Positions 28,845 through 42,082 of a stretch of 64,000 nucleotides of DNA are shown here, in pieces. Below the pieces are notes generated by a model. It searched no databases and had not been told where the DNA came from. It was given only the letters and a program-made list of their open reading frames with translations. The position numbers and the translations under genes were made by a program. How positions within the stretch are numbered: position 1 is the stretch's first letter; every line of letters starts with the position of its first letter. The DNA is from the human T2T-CHM13v2.0 reference genome, Homo sapiens: the NCBI RefSeq assembly GCF_009914755.1, contig NC_060932.1, one strand, 5' to 3'.

Positions 28845-29165
28845 AATCTACACCAACCCAAATCCAGCCCAAAGCCCTTTCTTGTAAGGATCGAAAGCTA
28901 AGAATGGTTTTTACATTTTTAAATAGTTTAAAAAAATCAAAAGAAGAATATTTTGTGACATGGAAAGATGATATAAAATCCAGATATTAGTGTCTATAAA
29001 TAAAGCTATAATGGAAGCCAGCTGTGTTCATTCATTTGCACACTGCCTATGGCGGTCTTGAGCTGAGGTGGTGGAGTGGAGTGGCTGCCACACGCTTCTG
29101 GCCAGCAGAGCCTGGGAGGTTTGCTGTCTGGCTCTTCACAGAGAATCCTTGCTCTTCCCTGGTCT
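28845..29165. mobile_element. MER58-like hAT-Charlie element
   Basis: gctaagaatggtttttacatttttaaat...aaaagaagaatattttgtgaca...gttcattcatttg. Confidence 0.7.
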
Positions 29166-29637
29166 AGGGTTGACTGCAGAGATTACTCACTATCTTTGGA
29201 ATATCTGGAATTTTTCTTTCTTTCTTCAAAGGTCACTACTTCCAAAGACCAATAATGTTTAGAAAATAAAACAGAATGAGTAGAGAACTTCTTTAGCTTG
29301 TCCCAGATGCCTGGGCAGACAGCCCATGGCCCAGGGCTCTGCAGGGCTGGCCCAGGGTAAGGGTTTGTGGATGTGTGGAGTCTCAGTGCCAACCTCTCTT
29401 TTGACATGCTCACCCTGCAGAGATCCAGTTAAGACATGCCCCTCTGAAGGGGCCAAAAAGGGATTAAAAAGGAAAAATCTGTGCAGTGCAGTGGGGCTAA
29501 GTGCATGGGTGTGGAATCAGAGCTGAGTTCCAACCCCACGTCCCTACCTCTTAGCTCGTGACCTTGGACATGGTACATAACCTCTCACTGACTCAGTGTG
29601 TTTATTGGTAAAAACGGGGGAAATAATAGAATCTATC

Positions 29638-30015
29638 TGTATTAGTTTGCAAGGGCTGCCACAATAAAGTACCAGAGACAGGGTGGCTTAAACAACAGAA
29701 ATTCATTCTCTCACAGTTCTATAGGCTAGAAGTTCAAGATCAAGGGATGGTCCCTACATAGCTGGTTTCTTCTGAGGCCACTTTCCTTAGCTTGTAGCTG
29801 GCCTGTGTCCTCACTTGGTCTTCCCTCTGCACGCTTTTGTGTTCAAATCTCTTCTTTTGAGAAATCAGCCACGTTGGATAAGGGTCCACCCTAATGAACT
29901 CATTTTACCTTAATTATAGCTTCAAAGACCCCATCTCCAAATGCAGTCACATCCCGAGGTCAGGGCTTAGGACTTCAACATATGAATATTGGGGGCACGT
30001 GACTGAACCCATAAA
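29638..30015 (-). mobile_element. MLT1A/B-type MaLR solo LTR splitting a MIR
   Basis: TGTATTAGTTTGC...GGCTTAAACAACAGAAATTCATTCTCTCACAGTTCT...GGACTTCAACATATGAAT; MIR-like sequence on both sides. Confidence 0.85.
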
Positions 30016-30519
30016 TGCTACCTCATAGGGGAATGCGGGGACTGAATGGAATTGGGAATTTGGAATATTAGTGGTTTATGGAAACTTAGTGAGTCTTCAG
30101 CCAATGGAAGCTCTTATTTTCATTCATCACAATTCGTACGCATCATGATGGAGCTATTGCAGTGTGTGGAAGAACACTGGAGGGACATACACGCAGGGTT
30201 GGAGGGGCTCCTGGGTGGTTCTGAGCAGCCCTGTTGGGGACAGTTGGGTAGTTTGTTCACTGCACAACCCCAGAGGTTGGTGTTTATATGTTATTATCAT
30301 TATCAATTTGCATACTGATTAGAGACATTTTTCTGGCAGATGTCAGAAGAAAGAGCACCTTTTCTGAAATCCCCATGGAGGCTCAGTACAGCCCAGGGCA
30401 GTCAGTGCTGCTTCCTAGCCTGACACTCAGGTTGAAGAACACCATGCAGAGACCAGAGCCCGACACATAGTCAGCACTCAACACAGCTGTGCTGGACAAG
30501 TGCACGTGAAGGGTCCCTC

Positions 30520-30665
30520 TCCTGGCCATTCCACTAGAATGTAAACTGCGCAAGGGCAGGGGCACTTTCCCAGTTTCCATCTTGGCCATTGATGTGTTTC
30601 AGCCCCTACACAGTTTCTGGCACACAGTAGGTGCTCAGTAAATATTTATTGAATAAAATAAATGG
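30520..30665 (+). mobile_element. L2 3' end fragment
   Basis: ccactagaatgtaaactgc...ctggcacacagtaggtgctcagtaaatatttattgaat. Confidence 0.7.
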
Positions 30666-31860
30666 ATCAGTTATAGCATGGTTTTTTCCTTTCCATTAAA
30701 CAAGTCTTCTACAAAATGCATAGGGACTCAGGATGGGGGCACAGTATCTATTGAACACTACTGTGTGTCAGCTACTCCCTCACTCACTGTAGCCTTTATG
30801 CTTCCCTGTCCTGTTTCTTAACATCACAGCCCCATGGGGTGGATCTTTTCCTGGAAAGGGAATGCACTGTCAGTCAGAGCCAGCTGCTCGAGCTCTGAGC
30901 CGCCACTCCTTTTGGCTGGAAGTATTAGATGAAATGGCTCAGCAGTGTGTCAAGCACATAGTAGGTGCTCAAAAAATGTTACTTTGCCTTCTCCTCTTTC
31001 TCACCCCAGGATGGTTTGAATAATTCTCTCCATTCCAGCCATCAGCATTTCAAGCCCTCTCTTCATCCAGAGGGCCCCACTGTTTGTCCCTGGGACTTCA
31101 GAGGTGAAGGATAAGAATAGAGCCACCGAGTGGAGGAAGAGGAAGGAGAAGGAGACCCCACCCAGGCCATGGGACAGGGCCTGAGGAGCCAACCCATGAG
31201 CCATGAGGGAAAGGGTCACCACCCCCACCCTTGCAGGCCCAGGGACCTCCCGTGCAGCAGCCAGGGGTCACAGGTGGCTTTGGGGATAGATAAATGTGAC
31301 AGCTGCCTGGGCTCCAGGCCTGGAGGAAGCATTGAGCATCTAGGGCCTAGAGCTGAATGGGCCCTTTCTCTTTCAGTAACAAACACATCCCTTGTTTGTA
31401 GGTTTGTTTGTGTGTTTGTCTCCCCAGGCTGTTGCTGTTCTTCTTCTCCTCCCACACAGCTCAGCCTCAGGCAGGCAGCTCCAAGAGCCCAGGGCTTCAG
31501 CACTTCCAGAGCATTGCTCATCTCTCCTCCAGCCAAGTGCAGAGAGCATCTGGGGATCAAAAGAGAAGGGAGGTCTTCAACTGATCCAAATCCACTCGGA
31601 AAAACAACCTGTCTGCTGAACCGACCTTAGGGAGCCCTTAACAAAGACCAGGCACCATGCTGGGCTTAGGCAGATAATCCTCACAACAGTCCCTCAGGGC
31701 CAGGCTAGTTAGCCACACTTAACATTGTGTCCCCCACCTAGCTTCAAGCCCTTCAAGGCTCCACTTTGCTCACCAGATGAGGAGCTTGAGGCATAGAGAG
31801 CTCAGTGCCTTTCCAATTACAGTGGTTGAATCTGACCCCTGGACTTTCTACCCTTCTGCC

Positions 31861-31954
31861 TTGGGTGAGGATCCAGGCTCAGTACCCTCCTGCTTTGGGT
31901 AAGGATCCAGGCTCAGTACCCTCCTTCCTTGGGTGAGGATCAAGAATCAGTACC
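31861..31954. repeat. 34-bp tandem repeat, ~2.8 copies
   Basis: TTGGGTGAGGATCCAGGCTCAGTACCCTCC... starting at 31861, 31895, 31929. Confidence 0.9.
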
Positions 31955-32856
31955 TACACCTCCCAGTTCAGCTTCCAGCTCCATCATCCTTTTATTTACT
32001 ACCACACCACTGGCACCTAAGTGCTCCTATGCTCCCTGGTCCTCACTCTCCTCTTCTGTAAAATACAGACACCAACAATCCTACCTACCTCAGAGTCTGT
32101 CTTCAGGATGAAATGTTTTAAATCTTAGGAAACACTGAGACCATGGCTTGGGCAAGAGAGTCCAGTTGTTCATGTTTTCTCATCTTTGAAAGAACATCTC
32201 AGGGAGATGCTGCTGTTATTCCCATTTTACAGGTGGGGCCCTAAAATGCAAGGAAATTAGGTAACTTGCCCAAGGGCATCTCACTGCTAGGAACTAGAGC
32301 TGGCATGGTGGTTGGCTCTTTCTTGTCAAGGTCCCACACTGGAGTCCAGATGGGATGGAGGTAGAGCTGGGAAGTCATGTAGCCTGGATAATGACCAGAG
32401 GAAATCAGGAAGCTGGAGAATTTCATGTGATTCCACACATTCAGATTTGTGAGGACCAGAAGCAGAGAAAGGCTGGGTGCCAAGATGTCTCAAAGGGGAA
32501 ACCGATGTACTTGGTTGGCTTGCAGACTTTGAGGGAGTTTGAGGAAGTCCTGATGCCAGCACCTGTGCCTTCTTTTCTGTTTCCCTGCCAAAACCAACAT
32601 AGCAAGCATCCCTGAGTCACTCAGAAGCCTTGGGCTGATGTGGCCCAAGTATCAGTGAACACTAGAAACTATCCCTCTCCATTTCTCTTGAGCCCCCTTC
32701 TCCTGTTCCCACACAAGGCCAGCCTCACTGATTGCTTTCTTCTGATGGAGTCTTCCCATCCCCCACCCCTCCCTCTTCCAAAGCAATGAGGCAAAGCAGT
32801 GGGGCTATGGGCTGCCAGCACTGTGCTGTGCAAAACAGAAGGCCTCCTGATTAAGG

Positions 32857-33532
32857 TGAAATGGCATCGTTGTCTGGGATAAATCCTGAGATCTTTTGTC
32901 TCAAGGCCACAGAAAGCTAGGATGAGGACACACAAAGAGTGATGTTCAGAGTGGAAGTTTAACAGGTGAAAGAAAGATAAGAGCTCTCTCTGCTGCAGAG
33001 AGAGGGGTCCTGGAGAAATGGGTTGCCACTTTGGCAGTGAAATGCAGAAGGTTTTATAGATGAGCTTGAGGAGGTGTCTGATTTACATAGGGCACGAAAG
33101 ATTGGTCAGACCAGGTGTGCCATTTGCAAAGTGCATGAAAAACTGGTTAGGATTAGGTGTGCCGTTGCATTGCACACAAAGAAGCTGGCCACCCCAGCCT
33201 AATCTTTCATTGTGTAGATGGGTTCTCTACCTGGTCAGTGCCATGTTGCCTGTTCCTTTACTGTGCATATGGTGACAAAGAAAAGGGAAGATGGAGCCTC
33301 CATGTTGAACATACCTGGCTTCCAGGTAGCCCTTTTTTATTGGTACAGCTGCCGGCATTCACCTGTGCAAGTTTGCAGCTTGCTTATCTACGTTTGCAGC
33401 TCAATTTTTCAGGCTGCTCTTTGTTAGAAAAGAAATGATTTGGGGGCTGCTTTTTGTTAAAAGAGAAACCTTGCTGGGGACTCTTTTGTCCTTACTATCT
33501 GCCTAAATAATTTCTTTCCATCTCCTATATCA
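32857..33532 (-). mobile_element. MER50(B)-family ERV1 solo LTR, full length
   Basis: TG...CA termini; 4-bp TSD AAGG at 32853-32856 and 33533-33536; minus strand starts TGATATAGGAGATGGAAAGAAATTATTTAGGCAGATAGT. Confidence 0.88.
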
Positions 33533-34855
33533 AAGGCAAATGTGCCAAGGCCTCTCCAGTTGCCTTGACCACACCCTGGGGGCTCGCCCAGACTCAGAGA
33601 GAAGCATGCCCAGAAAAGCATATATTCTTCAACCAGGCAGGGTCTCCCAAGGAGATTCTGCACATGCGATGCTCTCCCTCTGGGGTGGGGGAGGAGGGCA
33701 GGAATAGGTGGAGAATGTGTGTAACTGGGGACCCAGGGTTGGCTCATGAGGGAAGACGGGGTCAGCATACAGTTCTCCAAGGGTAGTAGGACTTAGTACT
33801 CCACTTGGGGGTGCGGATAGTCTTGGGCAAGCTGCTGAGGCTTTTAAGCCTCAAGATCCTCTTTGGTGAACGGAGAGCACTGGGATTTCAGGCTCACTTC
33901 ACCACCTTTCCCCCTAAACTCTGAGCATCTAAGTACTGCAGACTGCAATTCCATCACCTCCCTATCCCCAGGGCCTGGGCCATTCCAGGTACCCCATTTA
34001 CTGGCACTGTTGAGTGCACAGTGCATGCCAGGTACCCCGCAAGGACCTTCTCATGTTACCCTCCCTGGCCCAGTTAGTATCTCCATTTTACCCGTGACAA
34101 GGCAGAGGCTTGGAGAGGGGAAGTCAGCATGCCCCAGATGGAGTTAGGACATGGTGGCCATCAAATCACAGCCAGGCTGACGCCTCCAGAACCCGCCAGC
34201 TTAACCACCCCACTACACTGGTACTACATGTGTTCCAGAATTACTTATCAAATGATGGAATTCAACGTTCAACTGAGGCTGTTGAGAGAATTGAATAAAG
34301 TGATGTATATATAGAACCTAACACAGGGTATGGTATTCAGTAGGAGTTTAATAAATAGTGTGTAGCTCCTCAAAGGAGCTGCCCTTTAGGGCTTTTGGCA
34401 GATTTTCTTGAGATAAAGCCATACATAATCCAACAGCACAGAATGCTCAATAAATGCATCAAGTTCAAGTGTCCTGACTTAGCCCTGGAGGGGCGGAAAA
34501 TCCAGTCCAAGAACATCTTTCCCACTGAGAAAAATGGTTGGAAAGGCTGTTTGCCTTACTCAACTGATGTTTTGTCTGAGCCTGAAGTACCACCATAGGC
34601 ACAGTTGGGAGGGGAAGGCCGAGTCCTGGCAATACTTCTCACTGGTTTGAAACTCTGAGCTCTGGCCACAGAAGCACCATGTTTTCTGGGAGTAGCTATT
34701 GCCTGGAGAGAATGTGGTGAGAGTGAGACCTCATTCTTCCCTCAGCAGCTTCAGGAATAATAACACACAACAGCCTATGATGATAAAATCTATTATTAAG
34801 ACTGTTTTAAGCACTTTGCATGAGTCAGCTCCTGGGTAAGATAAATACTATTCTT

Positions 34856-35033
34856 TTTTTTTTTTTTTTTTGAGACAGGGTATCACTCTGTCACCCAGCT
34901 AATTTTTGTATATTTTGGTAAAGGCAGGGTTTCACCATGTTGGCCAGACTGGTCTTGAACTCCTGACCTCAAGTGATTTGCCTTCCTCGGCCTCCCAAAG
35001 TGCTGTGATTATAGGCATGAACCACCACACCCG
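34856..35033 (-). mobile_element. Alu with internal deletion of most of the right arm, inserted in a MIR
   Basis: Poly(T)-GAGACAGGG...CTGTCACCCAG joined directly to CTAATTTTTGTA; TSD ATAAATACTATTCTT / ATAATCACTATTCTT. Confidence 0.9.
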
Positions 35034-35897
35034 ATAATCACTATTCTTATTCCCATTTGTAGATGAGGAAACTGGTACAGAGAGGTCAGATAATTTGCTG
35101 AAGGTCACACAGCTAGCTGGTGGTGGAGATGGGTGAGGTTTGAACTTGGGCTTTCAGGTTTCATAGTGTTCTCTAGTAACCCTCCTTCCCTGCTGCCTCC
35201 CACAAGCCAGTCTCTAGCCAATTCTTCTGTGGTTAAGGGAATCATTTTTCATGATACTAACAGACAAACATTCCTTGTTCAATGTTATTATTTTTCTGAA
35301 TTTTCAAAGCAACTTTATATGGGTCCAGAGATGAGTAAGATAGCTTCCCTGGCCCTTGAAGGACTTATGCTCTACTGGAGAAGGAAAAATGAAGCTATAA
35401 TTTCACTTTCTCCTTTTGACAGATGATGAAATATCAGGAGAGGCATGAAATCGACCCAAGGTCCCACAGGCAGGGAGTAAAGTTGGGATTCTACCCCAGG
35501 TCAGGCTGCCTCCTTTCCACGCTCCCAAGCCACTAGAGAATGTACTTTGGCAGACATGACAGCTGTGTGCTAATATTTGATGGACCCTTGAGGGGAAGAA
35601 GTTCTGCCTTCTTCTCTGCGACTCCAGAGGAGAGGACTACAGCCTTGGTTGGGATTTAGAGGGGACAAACAGAGATCTAATATGGAGCAGACTTCATGGA
35701 GGGGAGCTCATGTATTTCTGAGAAAAGCTTGTGTTTCAGGGACTACAGTGTATCTCTGGTGGTATAGAGAGACTAAGAATCCAGCCCCAGGTTAGCTCAG
35801 GACGAAGGAATGCAATATCTTCTTGCATCTGTTTCTGTCCTGTCTAAAATTGTAAGTGCTGTAAGGAAAATACCCAAGGCACTCATGTTTCCCCACA

Positions 35898-35925
35898 CAG
35901 CAGGCAGCAGGCAGCAGGCAGCAGA
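35898..35925. repeat. (CAGCAGG)n heptamer repeat
   Basis: cagcaggcagcaggcagcaggcagcag. Confidence 0.75.
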
Positions 35926-37550
35926 CTGCATCTTGATTGGGATAATATTATTCTGTAGGTTCCTTCCATGATTTCCTCATAAATTCACCCTCATGAAAAT
36001 CCAAGAGGAGCTCAGTGTTTATGTAAGACCCTGAGCTTATTCTTCTTCCTCTTATGAAGTTAGATTAAATTAGTTAAGAAATGAAGAAAAAAGAATTTAA
36101 AAAAATTTCATCTCCTTTTCTCTGCATGAGTAAGTATGTTTGCATGAAAAATAACAAAATGAATCAAGGAAGGAAGAAAGAAAAAAAGGAAAGAAAGATG
36201 GATTCATGTTGCTGGGAAATGAATACATCTTAAGGAGAAAAATAGGCTGGCATGGTAAGCCTACCCACTGGATAATATCCATCAGAGATCAGGCAGCTGG
36301 AGAAGCACCAGTATTCACTTTCCTGTTCTCAGCTTAATGATCTGGTTAGGGAATATAGCCTCCATCAAATCTGGGATTCTAGAATCATACATGAATTGCT
36401 GTTTTTTTCCTCCCTCCTGAAAATGACCCTAGAGATTGCCCCCACAGGATTTAGAATCACGCGCACCTGGATTTCAATACTGGCTGTGCTTCTTGGTGAC
36501 AAGACTTTGGGAAAGCCGTGTCATCCCTCTGAATCTTGGCTCCTCCTCTTGTGAAAGGGAAGGAGCAGTCACACCTCTCCATGAGATCATGTGAGGGTGA
36601 AATGAGATTGCATGTGAAATGCTCAGGAAATGAGCTTGGCTCATGATAAGTGCTTTTATACAAAGTTATTTCCTTCCTCTCTTTTAAGAAACTTTCCTAA
36701 TTGGATTTTTTAAATTGTGAAATACTTTTCATTGTATTTAGCTAAACAGTAGAAAGTCTGTTTCAAAAAAAAGTTGATAAACTTTTTGTGGCAGGGAATG
36801 CTATTTGGCCATCCAACATCCATTATCCATTTCTGGGTTAGTAATAAAACTCTTATATTATCTGGGCTGCCCAAACGCTGTAGCATACAACATGATACAA
36901 TACAATGTAACACAGTTACTGTGGCCAGCTAAAATAAAACTACATTTCCCAGTTTCCTTTGCAGTTAGGTGTGGTTGGTGGGACTTCTGGGATAGCTCCC
37001 TAAAAGAGGCATAAACTATTTCTTCCATGCTCCTGCCCGGGCATGATGTTGCAAGCACTGACTGTCATCTTAGACCACAGGTGGCTTGAGGATGGAAGGC
37101 CGTGGTTAAGGGCAGTGGAATAGAAAGGCAGACAGAGCCTGAGTGATGACCTAGAGCTACAGCCATATTAGTTCAGGACCATCTATTTCTGAACTTCCTT
37201 TACAAGAGAAAACTAAACTTCCTCTTTACTCAGCCACTTATTTTGGGGATTTCTGTTGTAGGAACCTGAATCTAATTATAACTGATGACACGTCTTTTCC
37301 TTCTAGTCCCCCCTCTTGACATAACAGGCATTAACAATTGCGTTTTTCTACACGTTTTTTTATGTTCATAGCAAAGATATTTTTATGTACACACCTGTAT
37401 AAAATGGTATCATGCTCTATACCATACTTTTTCATTGCTTAGTAATATACATATCAAGGTAAAATTCCCAGATCAGGGTATGTAGATTTCTAACCTAATC
37501 CTTTTAACATTAGGCTATAAAATTATAGTATGGATGCATCGTAGTTTATT

Positions 37551-38760
37551 TTTTTTAAGTTACTCAAATATGTCAATTTTATTGTTTCTCTATACACACA
37601 TTTATTTGATACTGAATATTGCAAAAAAAAAAATAGCACATCAAATTTCCTTTCATTGGTATCCAAATTTTTGAAAACCGGAAAATCTAATTATTATGCT
37701 CTAGCCAAACTACCCAATGTTTTCATTACATTCTTTCCCCACAAGTTACTTTGCATCAAATTCTTGATATTGGGTTTCATCTCACTGACTTTAGCCTTCT
37801 AAAATACATGGGAATACTTATGTCCTTTTCGTATTTCTTCGGGTCAAAACAGTGAGTAAAGGTAAAGTATACTGAGGTTATCCAAATACATTCAAACTAC
37901 ATACACTACATACATTACTGATTTCATGGTAGGAAGGAAAAAAAAGAAGAAAAATATATCATAGAACTCATTATCAAAATTATTTGTATACAATCCATTC
38001 TAGCATAGAGTAGCTTTCTCAACCTGCTACATAAAATTGCCAGCAAGAAAGAAAAGTATGAGAATAAGCTTTCTGGCTGAATTGGCTCAGTGCCATAATT
38101 CCCTATTCTAGCATTCTCAGAAGAATCCCATCTATGATACACATAGAAACCACAGCCACATTTGAATGGTTCACTTCTTGATCATTCTGAACTCCCTTAA
38201 GCCCAGTGTTTGTTTTCTTTCAAGCCTAGGAAGCCTGCTAAGTGACACGTATCTACATTTTAGCATCATTTCTTTCCATACAGACAGCAATGTTCTTACT
38301 CCCTCCTCCTGTAAGGTAAGCCATCTCTGATGTCCTGGAAGATCATTTCTCTTTTCTCCTATTGTTGGAGTGAACCTTCTGGTAGAGAGGAAGGGAATTT
38401 GATACCAGAGCTGAGAATCAAGTTTAAGGTTCTTTATCAATGTCTCGGAGCAGAAGTTATGAGAGGCCCTGAATTGTCCTGGGAATTTTCTTCAGTGAGC
38501 ATTTTTGAAGGCTTTGGGATCAAAGTTGGGTTAAACTTCTGTGATGGGTCCATTGGCAATCTAGACACAGCACTAAGCTCCTCCTGGATCTTTGGAACCC
38601 AGCGGAAACTGATATCAGACTTTCAAATTGCCGCAAGATAGCCGGGAAAGAACTCTCTAGCCCAGAAAGAGCCTGAAAACCTGAACTCCAACAAATGGTA
38701 ATGAAAGAACTGACCAGAAATTTAGGTCCCATCTCCTCTTAAAATACAGATAAGCCAATT
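37551..38760 (-). pseudogene. DPPA3: Processed pseudogene of DPPA3 (STELLA/PGC7), frameshifted; symbol given is the parent gene
   Basis: Minus strand from ATG at 38553 reads MDPSQKFNPTLIPKPSKMLTEENSQDNSG, then in shifted frames SETLIKNL, YRRR/GVRTLLSV, PFKCGCGF..WDSSENARIGN..P.QP, matching recalled DPPA3 motifs (MDPSQFNPT, MLTEENS, SETLIKNL, GVRTLLSV, PFKCPCSFC, WDPSENARIGN). Intronless; AATAAA at 37578-37583 (minus); residual poly(A); 14/17 TSD at 37534-37550 and 38761-38777. Confidence 0.9.
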
Positions 38761-40461
38761 ATACATCGTAATTCATTCAATAATTGTCCTATTGCTGTAC
38801 TGAGAAGGTTTCTAGTTGTTTTTCAGCTAACATAAACCTTGCTACAATAGACACATGGTACAAATAGCCTTGCCAATACTGCTTTTATTTTTTAGCACAG
38901 ACGTCCACAGTGGGGTGAGTAGCTCTTTTCACTTTTACGTCTCCTCTACCCCTTCCTTTTGTAGCTGAGGCAAGAGAGGTCCTGAAAGATGGTGTGCCAA
39001 AGACAACAGAGAAATACAAAGCCAACAATGCCTCCAGAATCCTCCTGATTAGAATCTGAGGTCCACACCCCTATTTTCCTGTATTTTGTAGCAGTAAATA
39101 TTTGTTGAAAGAATATGCTAGTAATCTCTATTAAAAGCTGTTCCACCAACTCTGCTTAAACATATCTGATGAAAAAGAGAGTATCAACTGCTAGAATGTT
39201 CTTCCTACATTGCGTTGCAATCTAATTTCTTGAAACTTCCACTTGCTAGTCTCTGTTCTGACTTCTGGGGTACTGGAGAACTGATCTACTTCCCCAAAGG
39301 ACAGGTAGGACTCACGAAGGCAGGCACTTGGTGATAAAGGCATTGAGGATTGTCTCTTTGGGGCGCTCCACACTTCTCACATGTGGAGTGTATGCTACTG
39401 GTTAGGCAAGGAGCATGGGTCTGAGGATGGAAAGAAGAATAAGACATGGTCTTTGACCTCAAGGTAGTTACTATCCAGGGTTTGGGGGACAACTCACAGA
39501 GGTGTAGCTCATCCTCTGACAAACTCAGCTTTGGGGTGACCTGAGAACCCAGAATAATGGCCACAGGGCACTACTTGAGGAATGTTCAGAGGGGGGAGGG
39601 GGATGTTTGGAGGGAGGAGAGGAAAGCATGCTGGTGGGGCTAAAAGGTCATTTGAGAGAAATAACTGGAAATAAAGTTGGATGAGGAAGAGGGCAGCCTG
39701 TTCTCACCCAAAGGAAGAAATCAATTCTGCTATAAGTGATTTGCTTTTTCTGGAAATACTCCTTACTCAAAAGCACAAAAAGTCACATTCTCATGAGTCC
39801 CTCTCTCTCTCTCTCTCTGAGAGAATTTAGAAAAGAAACTGAAAGAGCACAGGCTCTATCTGCTTTTCCCTCCCAACATTCTAAGAAAGTCTGCTTGACT
39901 TGGTCATTACTAAGAGACATTACAGCAATTAAATTTTCCTCTTATTAAAACATTAGGTAATTTGGTGGCAAAATAAAAGTTAAAAAAATGAATGGTTGAA
40001 ATCTATAGAAATTAAATCTTAAACAGCAAAAGGCAAGCAGGCAGTCCTTTGGTGTAGAAAAAGCATGAGGTATAAAGCAGGGGGCATTGAGTTGGAATAC
40101 TAACTCTGTCACCTGTGGCTGGGGAATCTGACTGTGTCACTTCTCCTTGCAGCTTCATTTTCTTGTTGTAGAAAAAGGAGAGAATGGTACCTACATAAAA
40201 GGTGTCTGCAAGAGAGTAAATAAAATAAAATAAATAACTTCTATAAAGTGCTTAGCCCACTGGAGGTGGCAAGTGCCTGTGGACATTCCCCTTGAATGTA
40301 TTTCCACTTGCCATAGTTTGGGCACATACACAGAACATTCTCTCTGTTTTTGTTGGGTGGCTGAGGTCCTGCTTTAATTTTCAGAAAATAATACATGAAG
40401 AATGTGGATCAGAAAAGGCACAAAACTCTACACAGTTCTCAGGGGTCCAAAGTGTCTGCTA

Positions 40462-40839
<378 letters not shown>

Positions 40840-41023
40840 TTAAGGCCTTTGGGAAGTGATCAAATCATGACGCTTCCAACCTCATGAATGAGATTAGTTG
40901 TCTTATAAATGAGGCTCAAGTGAGACCCTTTGCCCCTTCCACTCTGTGAGGACACAGCAGGAAGTTTCCATTGATAAGGAATGGGCCCACACCAGACACC
41001 GAATTTGCTAGTGCCTTGAATTT

Positions 41024-41381
41024 TTTAATTTATTTGTGGTTTTTTTTTGTTCGTTTGGTGTGTTTTCTTTTTTTTCTTTTTTTTTTTTTTTTTGAGACAG
41101 TCTTGCTCTGTTACCCAGGCTGGAGTGCAGTAGTGTGATCTTGGCTCACTGCAACCTCCACCTCCTGAGTTCAAGCAATTCTCCTGCCTCAGCCTCCTGA
41201 GTAGCTGGGACTACAGGTGCATACCACCACGCCTGGCTAATTTTTGTATTTTTAGTAGATATGGGGTTTCACTAGTTCACCATGTTGGCCAGGCTGGTCT
41301 CAAACTCCCGACCTCAGGTGATCTGCCCACCTTGGCCTACCAAAGTGCTGAGATTACAGGCATGAACCACCATGCCCAGCC
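41024..41381 (-). mobile_element. Alu (S-type) with long degenerate tail
   Basis: TSD TGCCTTGAATTT at 41012-41023 and 41385-41396. Confidence 0.95.
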
Positions 41382-42066
41382 TCATGCCTTGAATTTGGAC
41401 TTCCCAGCCTCCAGAGCTATAAACAATAAATTTTTGGTTGTTTATAAATTACCTAATCTAAGGTATATTGTTATAGCAACCTGAATTGACTGGGACAGTT
41501 TCTCTTGGGCCTTTGCCCAAATCCCGTGATGCATAGATGGCCCGTAAGGTTACCAAGCCAGGGGGTCTGGGCCACAGGTTGGGTTCTTCTATCATATATA
41601 TGGCTGACTGCACTTTACATAAGTCAATAGATGACAGGAGAAATGCAATGGATTTAAGGAAAAAAAAGTGGGGGAGGAAAGGGAGGGAGCTAAGGTCTTG
41701 TCCTGGTTCTGCCTCTGGTGACCTGTGTGACCTGGAGCAAGTCAGTTAACCAGAGTATCAGGTCCCTGCTGTGTAAAATGGGGGTATTAACCCTCTTCTT
41801 GCCTCCCTGAAGAATTCTTCACAAATTCTATGGAATGCAACAATGAAGCGGTTCAGAAAGTTATTTAGTGGTAACAATGTAAAGGTTTCATAGGGACAAA
41901 CTGCATGGGTGGTGAGAATAGCCCATCTAAGGGACCACCAGGGAGTTGAGTTTTTTGCCTTTGCTTTGTGGAGAGAATACTAGGCGGCCCTTGTTCTACC
42001 TCAGCCCCCATCAGGCTGTACCTTTGCCTTTTAAGGTCTTGCTCTATTTTTTATGAGAATCCTAAG

Positions 42067-42082
42067 CCCCCCCCCCCCCCCC
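42067..42082. repeat. Poly(C)16 tract
   Basis: 16 consecutive C. Confidence 0.95.
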
